This document shows positions 38,836-49,209 of a DNA stretch of 64,000 bases, one piece after another; position 1 is the stretch's first letter, and the number at the start of each line of letters is the position of its first letter. The position numbers were made by a program, and so were the translations under genes. This stretch comes from Mobula hypostoma (taxonomy: Eukaryota). Where the stretch lies: positions 73,286,001-73,350,000 of the forward strand of contig NC_086097.1 of NCBI RefSeq assembly GCF_963921235.1. The letters are read 5' to 3'. Below the pieces are notes generated by a model, which was not told the DNA's origin, did no database searches, and saw nothing but the letters and a program-made list of their open reading frames with translations.

Positions 38836-41400
38836 AAGCTCCGCATTTGGAGTATTGGAGATCTGATCTGATCTCCACACTACTGGGAGCATGTGGAGAG
38901 GTTCATCAGGATGTTGTCTGGATTAGTTAGGAGAAGTTAGACAAATTTGGATTGCTTTGTCTGAAGATTTGGAGGTTGAGGGGTGGCTTGATAGAAGTAT
39001 ATAAAATTAGGAGAGGCAGCAATAGGTTAGATGTTCCATCTTTTCCCCAGTTTAAAAATGTTATTACTAGGGGATATAGGTTTAAGGTGAGAGGAAGAAA
39101 CTTTTAAGGAGATTTCGAAGCAAGTTTTCTTTCTACACAGAACTCTGGAGCACACTTTCAGGGGAGATGTAGCAATATTATTGTGACATTTAGACAGGCA
39201 TATGAATAGGCAGGAAGTGAGTGTCAACTGCGTGCAGGCAGATATGCAGTTTAAATTGGTAAATAGTTTGCACAGACATCATGAGCTGAAGGTTTTTTTT
39301 TGCTTTGTTTTACTCTTTTATGAGACAACATTGCATAGTCAATAGAAAGCAAACAAGGATAGTTAAACTAATATTACCTCCCCCAAACCCCCACCTCTAT
39401 GCATGTTATGGAGGCTAATCCCATTTCCCAGCACTTGGTCCACATCATTCTAAACTCCTGTTATCCATTTCCCTGTACACATCTTACTAAAATATATACA
39501 TGTATCAACTTGCTGTTGTAGCTGGTTCCATATACCTACTACCTGCTGTATGTTAAAATATATTTAAAAATGTCCCCCAGGTTCTTAATTAAATCTTTCT
39601 TTTCGAACCTTAAATCTATGTCTTCTAGTTTTTGATTTCCTAGCCCTGGAAAAAAAGACCAGTCATCCCATCTATGCATCTTGCAATTGTATATGTACCT
39701 AATTGAGATAATCTCCTCAGTCTCCTATGCTCCAATGACTAAGACCAAGTCTGTCTAATCTCTCCCAATAACTGAATCCCTCTGGTCCTGGCAACATCCA
39801 CGTAATTCCTTTTTGCACTTTTTCCAGTTAATTTATTTTCTCCCTAGAAAAGGGTGGCCAAAACTGAATGCTCGTTCCTTTCAAATTCTTATCCAGTGCC
39901 CTTTGAAGACCAACCACAATTAAATCTCCCTCTACTACTATCCCCAACATTGCTTAAACTTTCTGCCAGCAGGAACTGCTTTTTAACTACACTTGTTTTT
40001 GATTTTAAATACCTTCATTCGACCTTCTGACTGCAACCTCTGTTGCAAGGAGAACAACCTCTTCCTCTTCATTCTTTCCACTTAACAGTAAGTATTTATC
40101 CCTGGAACCATTCTAATAAACCAATAAGTTCTTTACATCGTTCCTAAAATGTGTTACCCAGGCCTCGAAATGATACTCTTACTGTCCCTATCCAACCTAT
40201 GTTCTCACGATCTTACTCTAGTACTCTAGAATTTCAGGATTCTGAATAGCTTTTTTAGCCACATTCTCAACTCTTTCAATAACTTGTTCCCCAGATCTCT
40301 TCCTGTTTTCCTGGATTATATCCTCATGCTTATATTTCCTGTCCTTGTGTTTTAATTGCCATGTGGGAGCCTATTCCACAAATGACTGTATAGCTTTTTG
40401 AAGTGTATTGTTGTCTTCTGCATAGTTCACTATTTTATGTTTTATATCATGGTGATCTTCTGAGTATTAAATTTAGGATTCTTTCATTCCTCTTCTTAAG
40501 AAGTCTGGCCCTGATATTTCTGATGCTGCCGAAATGTAACGTGGACTTCTGACTCATGGAATCTCCAAAATAAGTTTCCTTCATAGAATAATACTTATCA
40601 ATTTGTCTACCATGGTGTTTTAAACAAAATCTTAAATTAGTTTTTCCTCCCGAGTGCACAGCATCTGTGGTGTAATGATGTCATTTCTTTCACCCAAATT
40701 TTACTTTTCCTTGTTTTCTGTTGTTTATTCCACATCTTTCTCAGTGCCGACAATTTCACCTTGATTATAATATGTCCAAGCGCAGTGTTAAGATGTGCAG
40801 TATTAAAAGGTTTTCTTAAGTCATAATGCTATAAATATAGTGGGGTTCCACCAAACAAATCAGTGAAAATAGTACCGCTCAATATCAACATGAAACCAGG
40901 GTTTCTTGCAGTATTTTGTAGTCAATGCAGGAATCAATTCTGAAGTCAGGCTGAGGAGATAATATTGCAGTATTTCCCCCTTAAGTTATTAATGAGTTGA
41001 TATATTAAAATGTCACATTGCAGAAATAAAAAGCATCCAGGCACTGGGAAATGGAGAAACACTATGGTGAGTGACCAAATTTCAAGGAGACATTGGAAAA
41101 AAATGATCTAGTAACTTGAAAGAGCTTAAATTGAATGTGCTCTGCCCTGCGAGCTAGCCATTTGCTATGTTCTGCTGTTCAGCCAGAATAAAAATGAAGT
41201 AGGAGAAGAGAGAATAGTAAAGGGGCTACAGTCGGGAGATTTGGAATCTTGTTCATGACATCCACTATTGGATTCACAGTGACATGGAAAATGATAATCG
41301 GATGGATAAAGAACTAGTCACGATTGAGAAGTACAATTTGATAAGATACAGTGGAAGTGAGTTTGAGTTCTGATTCCTTAAAAGCTCGAGAGTACATTTC

Positions 41401-41720
41401 AGGCGGCACAGTAGTGTAATAGGTAACTTTGTTGTCTCATAGCTCCAGTGACCAGGTTTGACATTGCCTCCCTGTGCAGTCTGGGTGGTGTTAGCACATC
41501 TTTATCTTTGGCTGCATAGATTTCCCATAGGTATTCCAGCTTGTCCTTACATCCCAAAGACATTGGTAGCTTCATAGGCTGCTGTAAATTATCCCAAATA
41601 CAGGTGCATGAAACTGGTGGGAATGACAGATGAGTAAGTTACAGGGAAATAAGTCAAGGAAAGGGATTGATGCCATTGATCTGTGACCCAGCATAGCCAA
41701 TGATCAAATGACTCTATCCT
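41401..41720 (+). mobile_element. Degenerate HE1-like (tRNA-derived V-SINE) element
   Basis: ggcggcacagtagtgtaataggt..ctcatagctccagtgaccaggtttga..gtctgggtggtgttagcacatc..cttacatcccaaagac resembles the elasmobranch HE1 SINE as I remember it. Confidence 0.6.
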
Positions 41721-42918
41721 ACTTAGTGATAAATATTTAAAGACCACAAGTCTGTTACTGGAATAAACTAATGAAAGATGATCAAGTCTTAATGGATGTA
41801 TTTCCAGTTCATTGGCAGGTAAAAGCATGGAATGTGATATTACTCATTTTGGTAGTGTAGGCGCAAAGAGCACTCAGAGGATACTTCCTGCTGTGATTAT
41901 CTCAAGGATATGGCCACAATATTGAGGTGCCCATATGAAAGGGGAACTGAAAAAGATCAGTTATCAGTGGAGCACAGAGACTTGGAGGGAGTGATTGAGG
42001 CGAATATCATGCCAGCGCATGGTTTAGAGTTAACATTCAGGAAGGAGAGGGTAGAGCATTAATTTGGCCTGCTGGAGGGGTGCTGAAGCTAGCTAAATCT
42101 TCTTCATGTTGAATTAAAGAAAATTATAATAAAGATATAAGAGCAGAATTAGGCCATTTGGCCCATTGAGTCTGCTCCCTCATTTTATCACAGCTGATCC
42201 AATTTTCCTCTCAGCCCCAATCTCCTGCCTTCTCCCATTATCCCTTAATGCTTTGACCAATCAACAATTATCCTTTGTGGTGGAATGTTACCAGCTGAGT
42301 AGTCAGCCTATATCGTTATTGACTATTAGAACATTGAGCACAAAAAGTTTAGCAAAGTGATGGCAGCATACTGTGAAGATGTATCCCATGTACAGTGGAA
42401 TGAAAGGAGGCTTGTTGACACCTGAAATAATTGGATGAGGTAGGAACACAATGAAAAAGTGATGCAAGTTGATTCTATTGAGGCAGCCTGGTCTGTGCCA
42501 TAACGAAAGGCTTATGGCACAAAGTTGAAAAAGGTGGAAGAGCTGACTTTGAAGTCCTACTAAGAGATTCAGAATCAAGCTTATTACTGCTGACCTACAT
42601 CGATAATTGTTGTTTTATGGCAAGAATGCACTGCAAGACATTTAAAAAAATTAATATGATTTACACCATATTAAAAAGCTGTTCCTAATATACATAGAGT
42701 CATCAGGCTCCTTATCTGCATCCAACTGGCCCTGTGGCCCATAATGCAATGAACATGATAAAGTCATCATTTGCTTACATGTTATTGAATATAACTTTGA
42801 TGCTATGTATTACTGCAATCAATCAATTTGTCATTTACTTAATTAGGCATGTTATCTGCAGGCTTTCTGTATTGCTGCCAATATGTGACTGACCAGTGTC
42901 TTTTCTATTTTATTGTAG

Positions 42919-43049
42919 TGACCAATAAGAAACCTACATTGGTTTCTATTACTAAGGTCAAGCATTTTGAAGGATCATCATCCTTTGTGCGAAGATCACA
43001 GTGGACACTGGAGCAGCTTCGACAAGTGAATGGTATAGATCCCAACAAG
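42919..43049 (+). CDS. STXBP6: STXBP6 (amisyn) internal coding exon, 131 nt, PH-like domain
   Basis: Acceptor ttttctattttattgtag|tg and donor aag|gtgagt. Encodes (V)TNKKPTLVSITKVKHFEGSSSFVRRSQWTLEQLRQVNGIDPNK, which I recognise as matching vertebrate amisyn VTNKKPTQASITKVKQFEGSTSFVRRSQWMLEQLRQVNGIDPN. Starts in phase 1, ends in phase 0. Confidence 0.95.
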
Positions 43050-43204
43050 GTGAGTCTAGTGAAGGAATAGTGCATTTGAATCCGCATTTGGTTCACCAAT
43101 TTCATGTTTGTTTAAAATCAACTTTTTGTAACTTTCCTACTAAGTTGTAAAATATATCTCTATCTATTTCATTGTTATCGATTTGCCTGGACTCTGAATC
43201 GGTA

Positions 43205-44810
43205 TAGAAAGTGGAAATCTACGGTACATTACAGGCCCTTCAGCCCACAATGTTGTGCCAACCATGTAACCTACTCTAGAAACTGCCTAGAATTACCCTA
43301 CCACATAGCTCTCTATTTTTCTAAGCTCCATGTACCTATCTAAGAATCTCTTAAGACACCCTACTGTATCCGCGTCCACCACTGTCACTGGCAGTGCATT
43401 CCACTCACTCACCAGTCTCAGTGTGAAAAGCTTACCTCTGACATCCCCCTTGTACCTACTTCCAAGTACCTTAAAACTATGCCCCCTTATGTTAGCCATT
43501 TCAGCCTCTGGCTATCCACATGATCAATGCCTCTCCTCATTTTATACACCTCTATCAGGTCACCTCTCATCCTCCATCACTCCAAGAAGTAAGGACAAGT
43601 TCACTCAACCTATTCTCATAAGGCATGCTCTCCAATCCAAGCTACATACTTGAATATCTCTTCTGCACTCTCTCTATAGTATCTACATCCTTCCTGTAGT
43701 GAGGTGACCAGAACTGAACACAGTGCTCTAATTGGGGTCTGACCAAGGTCTTACATAGCTGTAACATTACTTCACAGCTCTTGAACTCAATCCCACGGTC
43801 AATGAATGCCAACACACCATACAACTTATTAACAACACCATCATCCTACACAGCAGCTTTGAGTGTCCTATGGACACGGACCCCAAGATCTCTCTGATCC
43901 TCCACACTGCCAAGAATCTTACCATTAATACTATATTCTGTCTTCAAATTTGACCCACCAAAATAAATCACTTCACACTTACCTGAGTTGATCTCGATCT
44001 GCCACTTCCCAGTTCATTTCTGCATCCTACTGATGTCCCTCTGTAACCTCTGACACCCCTCCAAACTATCCACAACTTGCCCAACATTTGTGTCATCCGC
44101 AAACTTACTAACCCACCCTTCTACTTCTTTATCCAGGTCATTTATAAACATCACAAAGAGGAGGGGTCCCAGAACAGATCCCTGCAGAGCACCAATGGTC
44201 ACCAACCTCCATGCAGAATACGAATCATCTACAATCACCCTTTGCCTTCTGTGGGCAAGCCAATTCTGGATCCACAAAGTAAGGTCTCCTTGGATCCCAT
44301 GCCTCCTTACTTTCTGAATGAGCCTCGCACGGGGAACTTTATCAATTGCCTTACTGAAATCCAAATACACTACATCCACTGCTTTACCTTCATCGATGTG
44401 TTTTGTTACATCGTCAAAGAATTCAATCAGGCTCATAAGGTGCAACCTGCCCTTGACAAAGCTATGCTGACTGTCCCTAATCAGCTTATGTCTCTCCAAA
44501 TGCTTATAAATCCTGCCTCTAAGAATCTTCTCCAACAACTTGCCCACCACTGAAATAAGACTGCACTGGTCTATAATTTCCTGGGTTATCCCTATTCCCT
44601 TTCTTGAACAAGGGGAGAACATTTGCAATCCTCCATTCTGCCAGTACTTCTCGTGTCCCTATTGATGATGCAAAGGCCAGAGGCTCAGCAATCTCCTCCC
44701 TCACTTCCCAGAGTAGCCTAGGGTATATCTCGTCCAGTCCCAGCGGCTTATCTAACTTAATTCTTTTCAAAAGTTCCAGCACATCCTCTTTCTTAATGCT
44801 ATACATTTTT
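43205..44810 (-). mobile_element. CR1 RT-region fragment starting ~155 nt after the STXBP6 exon
   Basis: YLDFSKAIDKVP, GALQGSVLGP, SKFADD, LVRPQLEHCVQFWSP. Confidence 0.88.
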
Positions 44811-46647
44811 CCCCCTGCAATCACTATCCCACCCTCCACACTCTGTGATAACTGACATAGGATAACTGACTGGTAACTTTCGGTGGAGCGAATGTGAGAA
44901 TTTGAATGTTGGTCCAATGTCATAGACACTCCATGATCCTTAGCATGCATAGAAAGCAAAGGATTCCACTGTCCCTTTTATCCCTGACCATCTTTGTTAC
45001 TAATGTTTCACTGCATATGACATTAAAAAACAACTGAATGCAACACTTTTACTGTAGTGTCAAATGTGTATCAGATCTGTGGTGTTAGATTGAATCCAAA
45101 GGGCTCCAATATCCAAGCAGGCAGGTTTAATAGAGCTGGTGGCAGGGTTTAAACTAATATGCAGGGGGATGGGAACCAGACAAATAGGGCTGAGGAAAGG
45201 GAAAACAGAAATAAATCAGAGATTACATGCAACAGAGATAATAGAAAGGACAGGCAGGAGGTGAGCCACAATCACAGCCAGTGGGATGAGTTACAAGGCA
45301 ATACAGGTGTGGTGCAGTTAAAACAGAAAGCAATAAATACTGGACTGAAAGTGTTGTATTTGAATGCATGCAGCATAAGAAGTAAAACGGACGATCTTGA
45401 AATTCAGCTACAGATTGGCAAGTATGACGTTGTAGCCATCTCTGAAACTTGGCTAAAGGATGGCAGCCATTGGGAGCTGAACATCCAAGGATATACGATG
45501 TATCAGAAAGATAGGTTAGTAGGCATAGGGGGTGGTATGGCCCTGTGTATAAGAAATAATATTAAATCATTTGAAAGGGATGACATAGGATCAGAAGGTG
45601 TAGAGTCTCTATGGGCTGAGTTAAGAAATGGCAAGGGTGAAAGGACCCTAATGGCAGTTGTATACAGGCCTCCAAACAGCAGCTGGGATGTGGATTACAA
45701 ATTACAGCAGGAGATAGAAAAGGCATGTCATAAGTGCAATGTCATGGTAATCGTTAGGGATCTTAACATGAAAGTGGATTGGGAAAACCAGGCCAGTACT
45801 GGACCTCAAGAGAGAATTTGTAGAATGCCTAAGGGATGTCTTTTTAGAACAGCTTGTTGTTTAGCCCACTAGGGGATTGGCTGTGCTGGATTGGGTGTTG
45901 TGCAGTGATCCAGAGGTGATAAGCGAGCTTAAGGTTAAGGAAACCTTAGGGAACAATGATCGCAATATGATCGAGTTCACTTTGAAATTTGGAAAGGAGA
46001 AACTAAATTCCAATATCTCGGTATCTTAGTGGAATAAAGGAAATTACAATGGCATGAGAGGGGAACTGGCCAAGGTTGACTGGAAAGGGACACTAGCAGG
46101 AAGGACAGCAGAGCAGCAATGGCTGGAGTTTCTGTGAAAAATGAGAGAAGTGCCAGACAGACATATTCTAAATAGGAAGAAATTTTCAAATGGAAGAAGG
46201 ACATTACTGTGGCTGACAAGTGAAGTCAGAGCCAAAGTAAAAGCACAAGAAAGGGCATAGAAGGAAGCTAAAGCCAGTGGGAAGATAGAAGATTGGGAAG
46301 CTTATAAAAACTTGCAGAAGGAAACTAAGTAGGTCATTAGGAAGGAAAAGATGAATTGTGAAAGGAAGCTGGTGACTAATATCAAAGAAGATACTAAAAA
46401 CTTCTAAGTATATAAAGGGTAAATGAGAGTTGAGGGTAGATATAGGACCAATAGAAAATGACATTAGAGATATTGTAATGAGAGACGCAGAGATGGTAGA
46501 GGAACTGAATGCATATTTTGCATCAGTCTTTACAGTGGAAGACATCTGCAGTATAACACAAAATAATCTGCAGATTCTGTTGTCAAAGGAACACTCACAA
46601 TGCGCTGGAGGAACTCAGCATGTCAGTCAGCATCAGTTGAAAAGATT

Positions 46648-46683
46648 AGTCGACGTTTCAGGCCGAAACCCTTCATCAGGACT
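46648..46683 (-). ncRNA. Minimal type I hammerhead ribozyme motif
   Basis: aguc-CUGAUGA-aggguuucggccu-GAAA-cGUC-gacu; stem I aguc/gacu is perfect. Confidence 0.75.
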
Positions 46684-47501
46684 GAAGGAAGAACTTTGGG
46701 GAGGGTTTGAAGAATGCTGGTAGTTGAAAAAAACAGTAATTTGAAAGACAAGGGGGTGGGAGAGGGGAAGCAGGGAGGTGATTGTTAGGAGAACAATGCA
46801 CAGTAGTAGAAGGAGGTGGAACTATGAGGGAGGTGATGTGAAATAGGGATAGAGGAAGGGAGGGGGAGGGAATTACCGGAAGTTGGAGAATTCTGTGTTC
46901 ATACCAAGGGGCTGGAGACTAGCTAGACGGTACATGAGGTGTTGCTCCTCCAACCTGAGTTTAGCCTCATTATGGCAGTAGAGGAGGCCATGTATGGACG
47001 TATCTGAATGGGAATGGGAGGCAGGGTTGCACCCGGTGCTCCCGGTGTGGCCTCCTCTACATCGGTGAAACCCGACGCAGATTGGGGGACCACTTCGTCA
47101 AGAACCTCCACTCCATCCGCCACAACAGGCAGGATCTCCCGGTAGCCACCCACTTCAACTCTGCTTCCCATTCCCATTCAGATATGTCCATACATGGCCT
47201 CCTCCACTGCCATGATGAGACTAAACGCAGGTTGGAGGAGCAACACCTCATATACCATCTAGGTAGTCTCCAGCCCCTTGGTATGAACATAGAATTCTCC
47301 AACTTCCGGTAATTCCCTCCCCCTCCCTTCCTCTATCCCTATTTCACATCACCTCCCTCATAGTTCTGCCTCCTTCTACTACTGCGCATTGTTCTCCTGC
47401 CAATCACCTCCCTGCTTCCCCTCCCCCACCCCTTTGTCTTTCAAATTACTGTTTTTTTCAACTACTAGCATTCTTCAAACCCTCCCCAAAGTTCTTCCTT
47501 C

Positions 47502-47537
47502 AATCCTGACGAAGGGTTTTGGCCCGAAACGTCGACT
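47502..47537 (+). ncRNA. Minimal type I hammerhead ribozyme motif, sense to STXBP6
   Basis: aauc-CUGACGA-a-ggguuuuggccc-GAAA-cGUC-gacu. Predicted cut after 47533. One mismatch in stem I. Confidence 0.7.
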
Positions 47538-48277
47538 AATCTTTTCAACTGATGCTGACTGACCTGCTGAGTTCCTCCAGTGCATTGTGAGTGACATCTG
47601 CAGTATACCGGACATTCAAGAGTGTCAAGGAAGTGAAGTATGTGGAATGAAAATTATGACTGAGAAGGTGCTCAGGCAGCTTAATGATCTGAGGGTGGAT
47701 AAATCTCCTGGACCTGATGGAATGCACCGTCAGATTCTGAAGGATGTAGCTGGAGAGATTACGGAGGCATTAACAATATCTTTCAAGAATCGATAGATTC
47801 TGGCATTGTACTGGATGACTGGAAAATTGCAGATGTTACTCCACGATTTAAGAAGGGTGGGAGGCAGCAGGAAGGAAACTATAGGCCTGTTAGCCTGACA
47901 TCAGTGGTTGGGAAGTTGTTGGAATCAATTGTCAGGGATGAGATCACGGATACCTGGAGCCACATGACTCGAAGAAGGAAGTCTGAGAATTGGAGCGGGA
48001 GTGTGGAGGAAGCCATTTTTGAATTTTTCGGTTTTTTTTCCATCAGCGTTCAGAGAGGCAGGACTGCGCAGGCGTGTGACGTCGGGCAGTGAAGCGCGGA
48101 AGATTTAAAAGGAACAGAGCCTCATACAGCGGGCAGCGTAGTTTGCGGGCTGTGGAGTGAGCCGGGAGAGTGAAGGCTTAAGGGCTTCGGCTCACCGGGC
48201 TTAGGCGGAAACGGGCGAGGCGAGGAAGGTTTGGTATTCATTTTTTTTTCTTGTTGTTATTTGAGGAGAGGGGCAGT

Positions 48278-49204
48278 ATGAGTGTGAGGGCAGTTTGTTG
48301 TTCTCTGTGCCAGATATGGGAGGCCCTGGAGTCTCCAAGCCTCCCGGACGTCCGCATCTGCATCAGGTGCGCCGAGATGCAGCTCCTAAGGGACCGCGTT
48401 AGGGAACTGGAGCTGCAGCTCGATGACCTTTGTCTGGTCAGGGACAGTGAGGAGTTGATAGAGAGGAATTACAGGCAGGTGGTCACACCGGGGCCATGGG
48501 TGGCAGACCAGTGGGTCATGGTTAGGAGGGGGAAGGGGAAGAGCCAGGTAATAGAGAGTACCCCAGTGGCTGTGCCCCTTGACAATAGTCTGAGTACTGT
48601 TGGGGGGGACAGCTTACCTGGGGGAAGCAACAGTGGCCGTGCCTCCGACACAGAGTCCGGCCCTGTAGCTCAGAAGGGTAGGGAAAGGAAGAGGAGGGCA
48701 GTTGTAATAGGGGACTGGATAGTAAGGGGGTCAGATAGGCGATTCTGTGGATGCAGTCCAGAGACCTGGATGGTAGTTTGCCTCCCTGGTGCCAGGGTCT
48801 GGGATATTTCTGATCGTGTCCAAGATATCCTGAAGTGGGAGGGTGAGGAGCCAGAGGTCATGGTACATCTAGGCACCAATGACATAGGTAGGAAAAGGGA
48901 AGAGGTCCTGAAAGGAGAATATAGGGAGCTAGGAAGGGAGTTGAGAAAAAGGACCGCAAAGGTAGTAATCTCACGATTACTGCCTGTGCCAAGCGACAGT
49001 GAGAGTAGGAATGCGATGAGGTGGAGGATAAATGCGTGGGTGAGGGATAGGAGCAGGAGGCAGGGATTCAAGTTTTTGGATCATTGGGACCTCTTTTGGC
49101 GCAGGCGTGACCTGTACAAAAAGGACAGGTTACACTTGACTCCTAGGGGGACCAATATCCTGGCAAGGAGATTAACGAGGGCTACTGAGGTGACTTCAAA
49201 CTAG
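48278..49204 (+). CDS. CR1 ORF1: zinc finger/leucine zipper plus SGNH (GDSL-like) esterase domain, open frame
   Basis: CCSLCQIW..CIRC, LRDRVRELELQLDDL, VVIGDWIVRG, CLPGARV, VHLGTNDI, DRLHL. Confidence 0.85.
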   Translation: MSVRAVCCSLCQIWEALESPSLPDVRICIRCAEMQLLRDRVRELELQLDDLCLVRDSEELIERNYRQVVTPGPWVADQWVMVRRGKGKSQVIESTPVAVPLDNSLSTVGGDSLPGGSNSGRASDTESGPVAQKGRERKRRAVVIGDWIVRGSDRRFCGCSPETWMVVCLPGARVWDISDRVQDILKWEGEEPEVMVHLGTNDIGRKREEVLKGEYRELGRELRKRTAKVVISRLLPVPSDSESRNAMRWRINAWVRDRSRRQGFKFLDHWDLFWRRRDLYKKDRLHLTPRGTNILARRLTRATEVTSN

Positions 49205-49209
49205 AATGG

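Larger units (their letters stand above)
46556..47592. mobile_element. Fold-back Penelope-like insertion (inverted arms 46592-47029 / 47156-47592)
   Basis: Perfect 15-bp TSD gacatctgcagtata (46541-46555 / 47593-47607). GIY-YIG remnant LLYIGETRRRLGDHF on the + strand. Hammerhead motif in each arm. Confidence 0.92.

Noticed and set aside
42849..43070. ORF-track calls 42849-43070 and 59172-59360 as standalone small genes
   Set aside because: They are spliced STXBP6 exons with intronic extensions.
46556..47592. DNA transposon or MITE with long terminal inverted repeats
   Set aside because: The arms are Penelope GIY-YIG and 3' sequence, the ends are asymmetric and no transposase is present.
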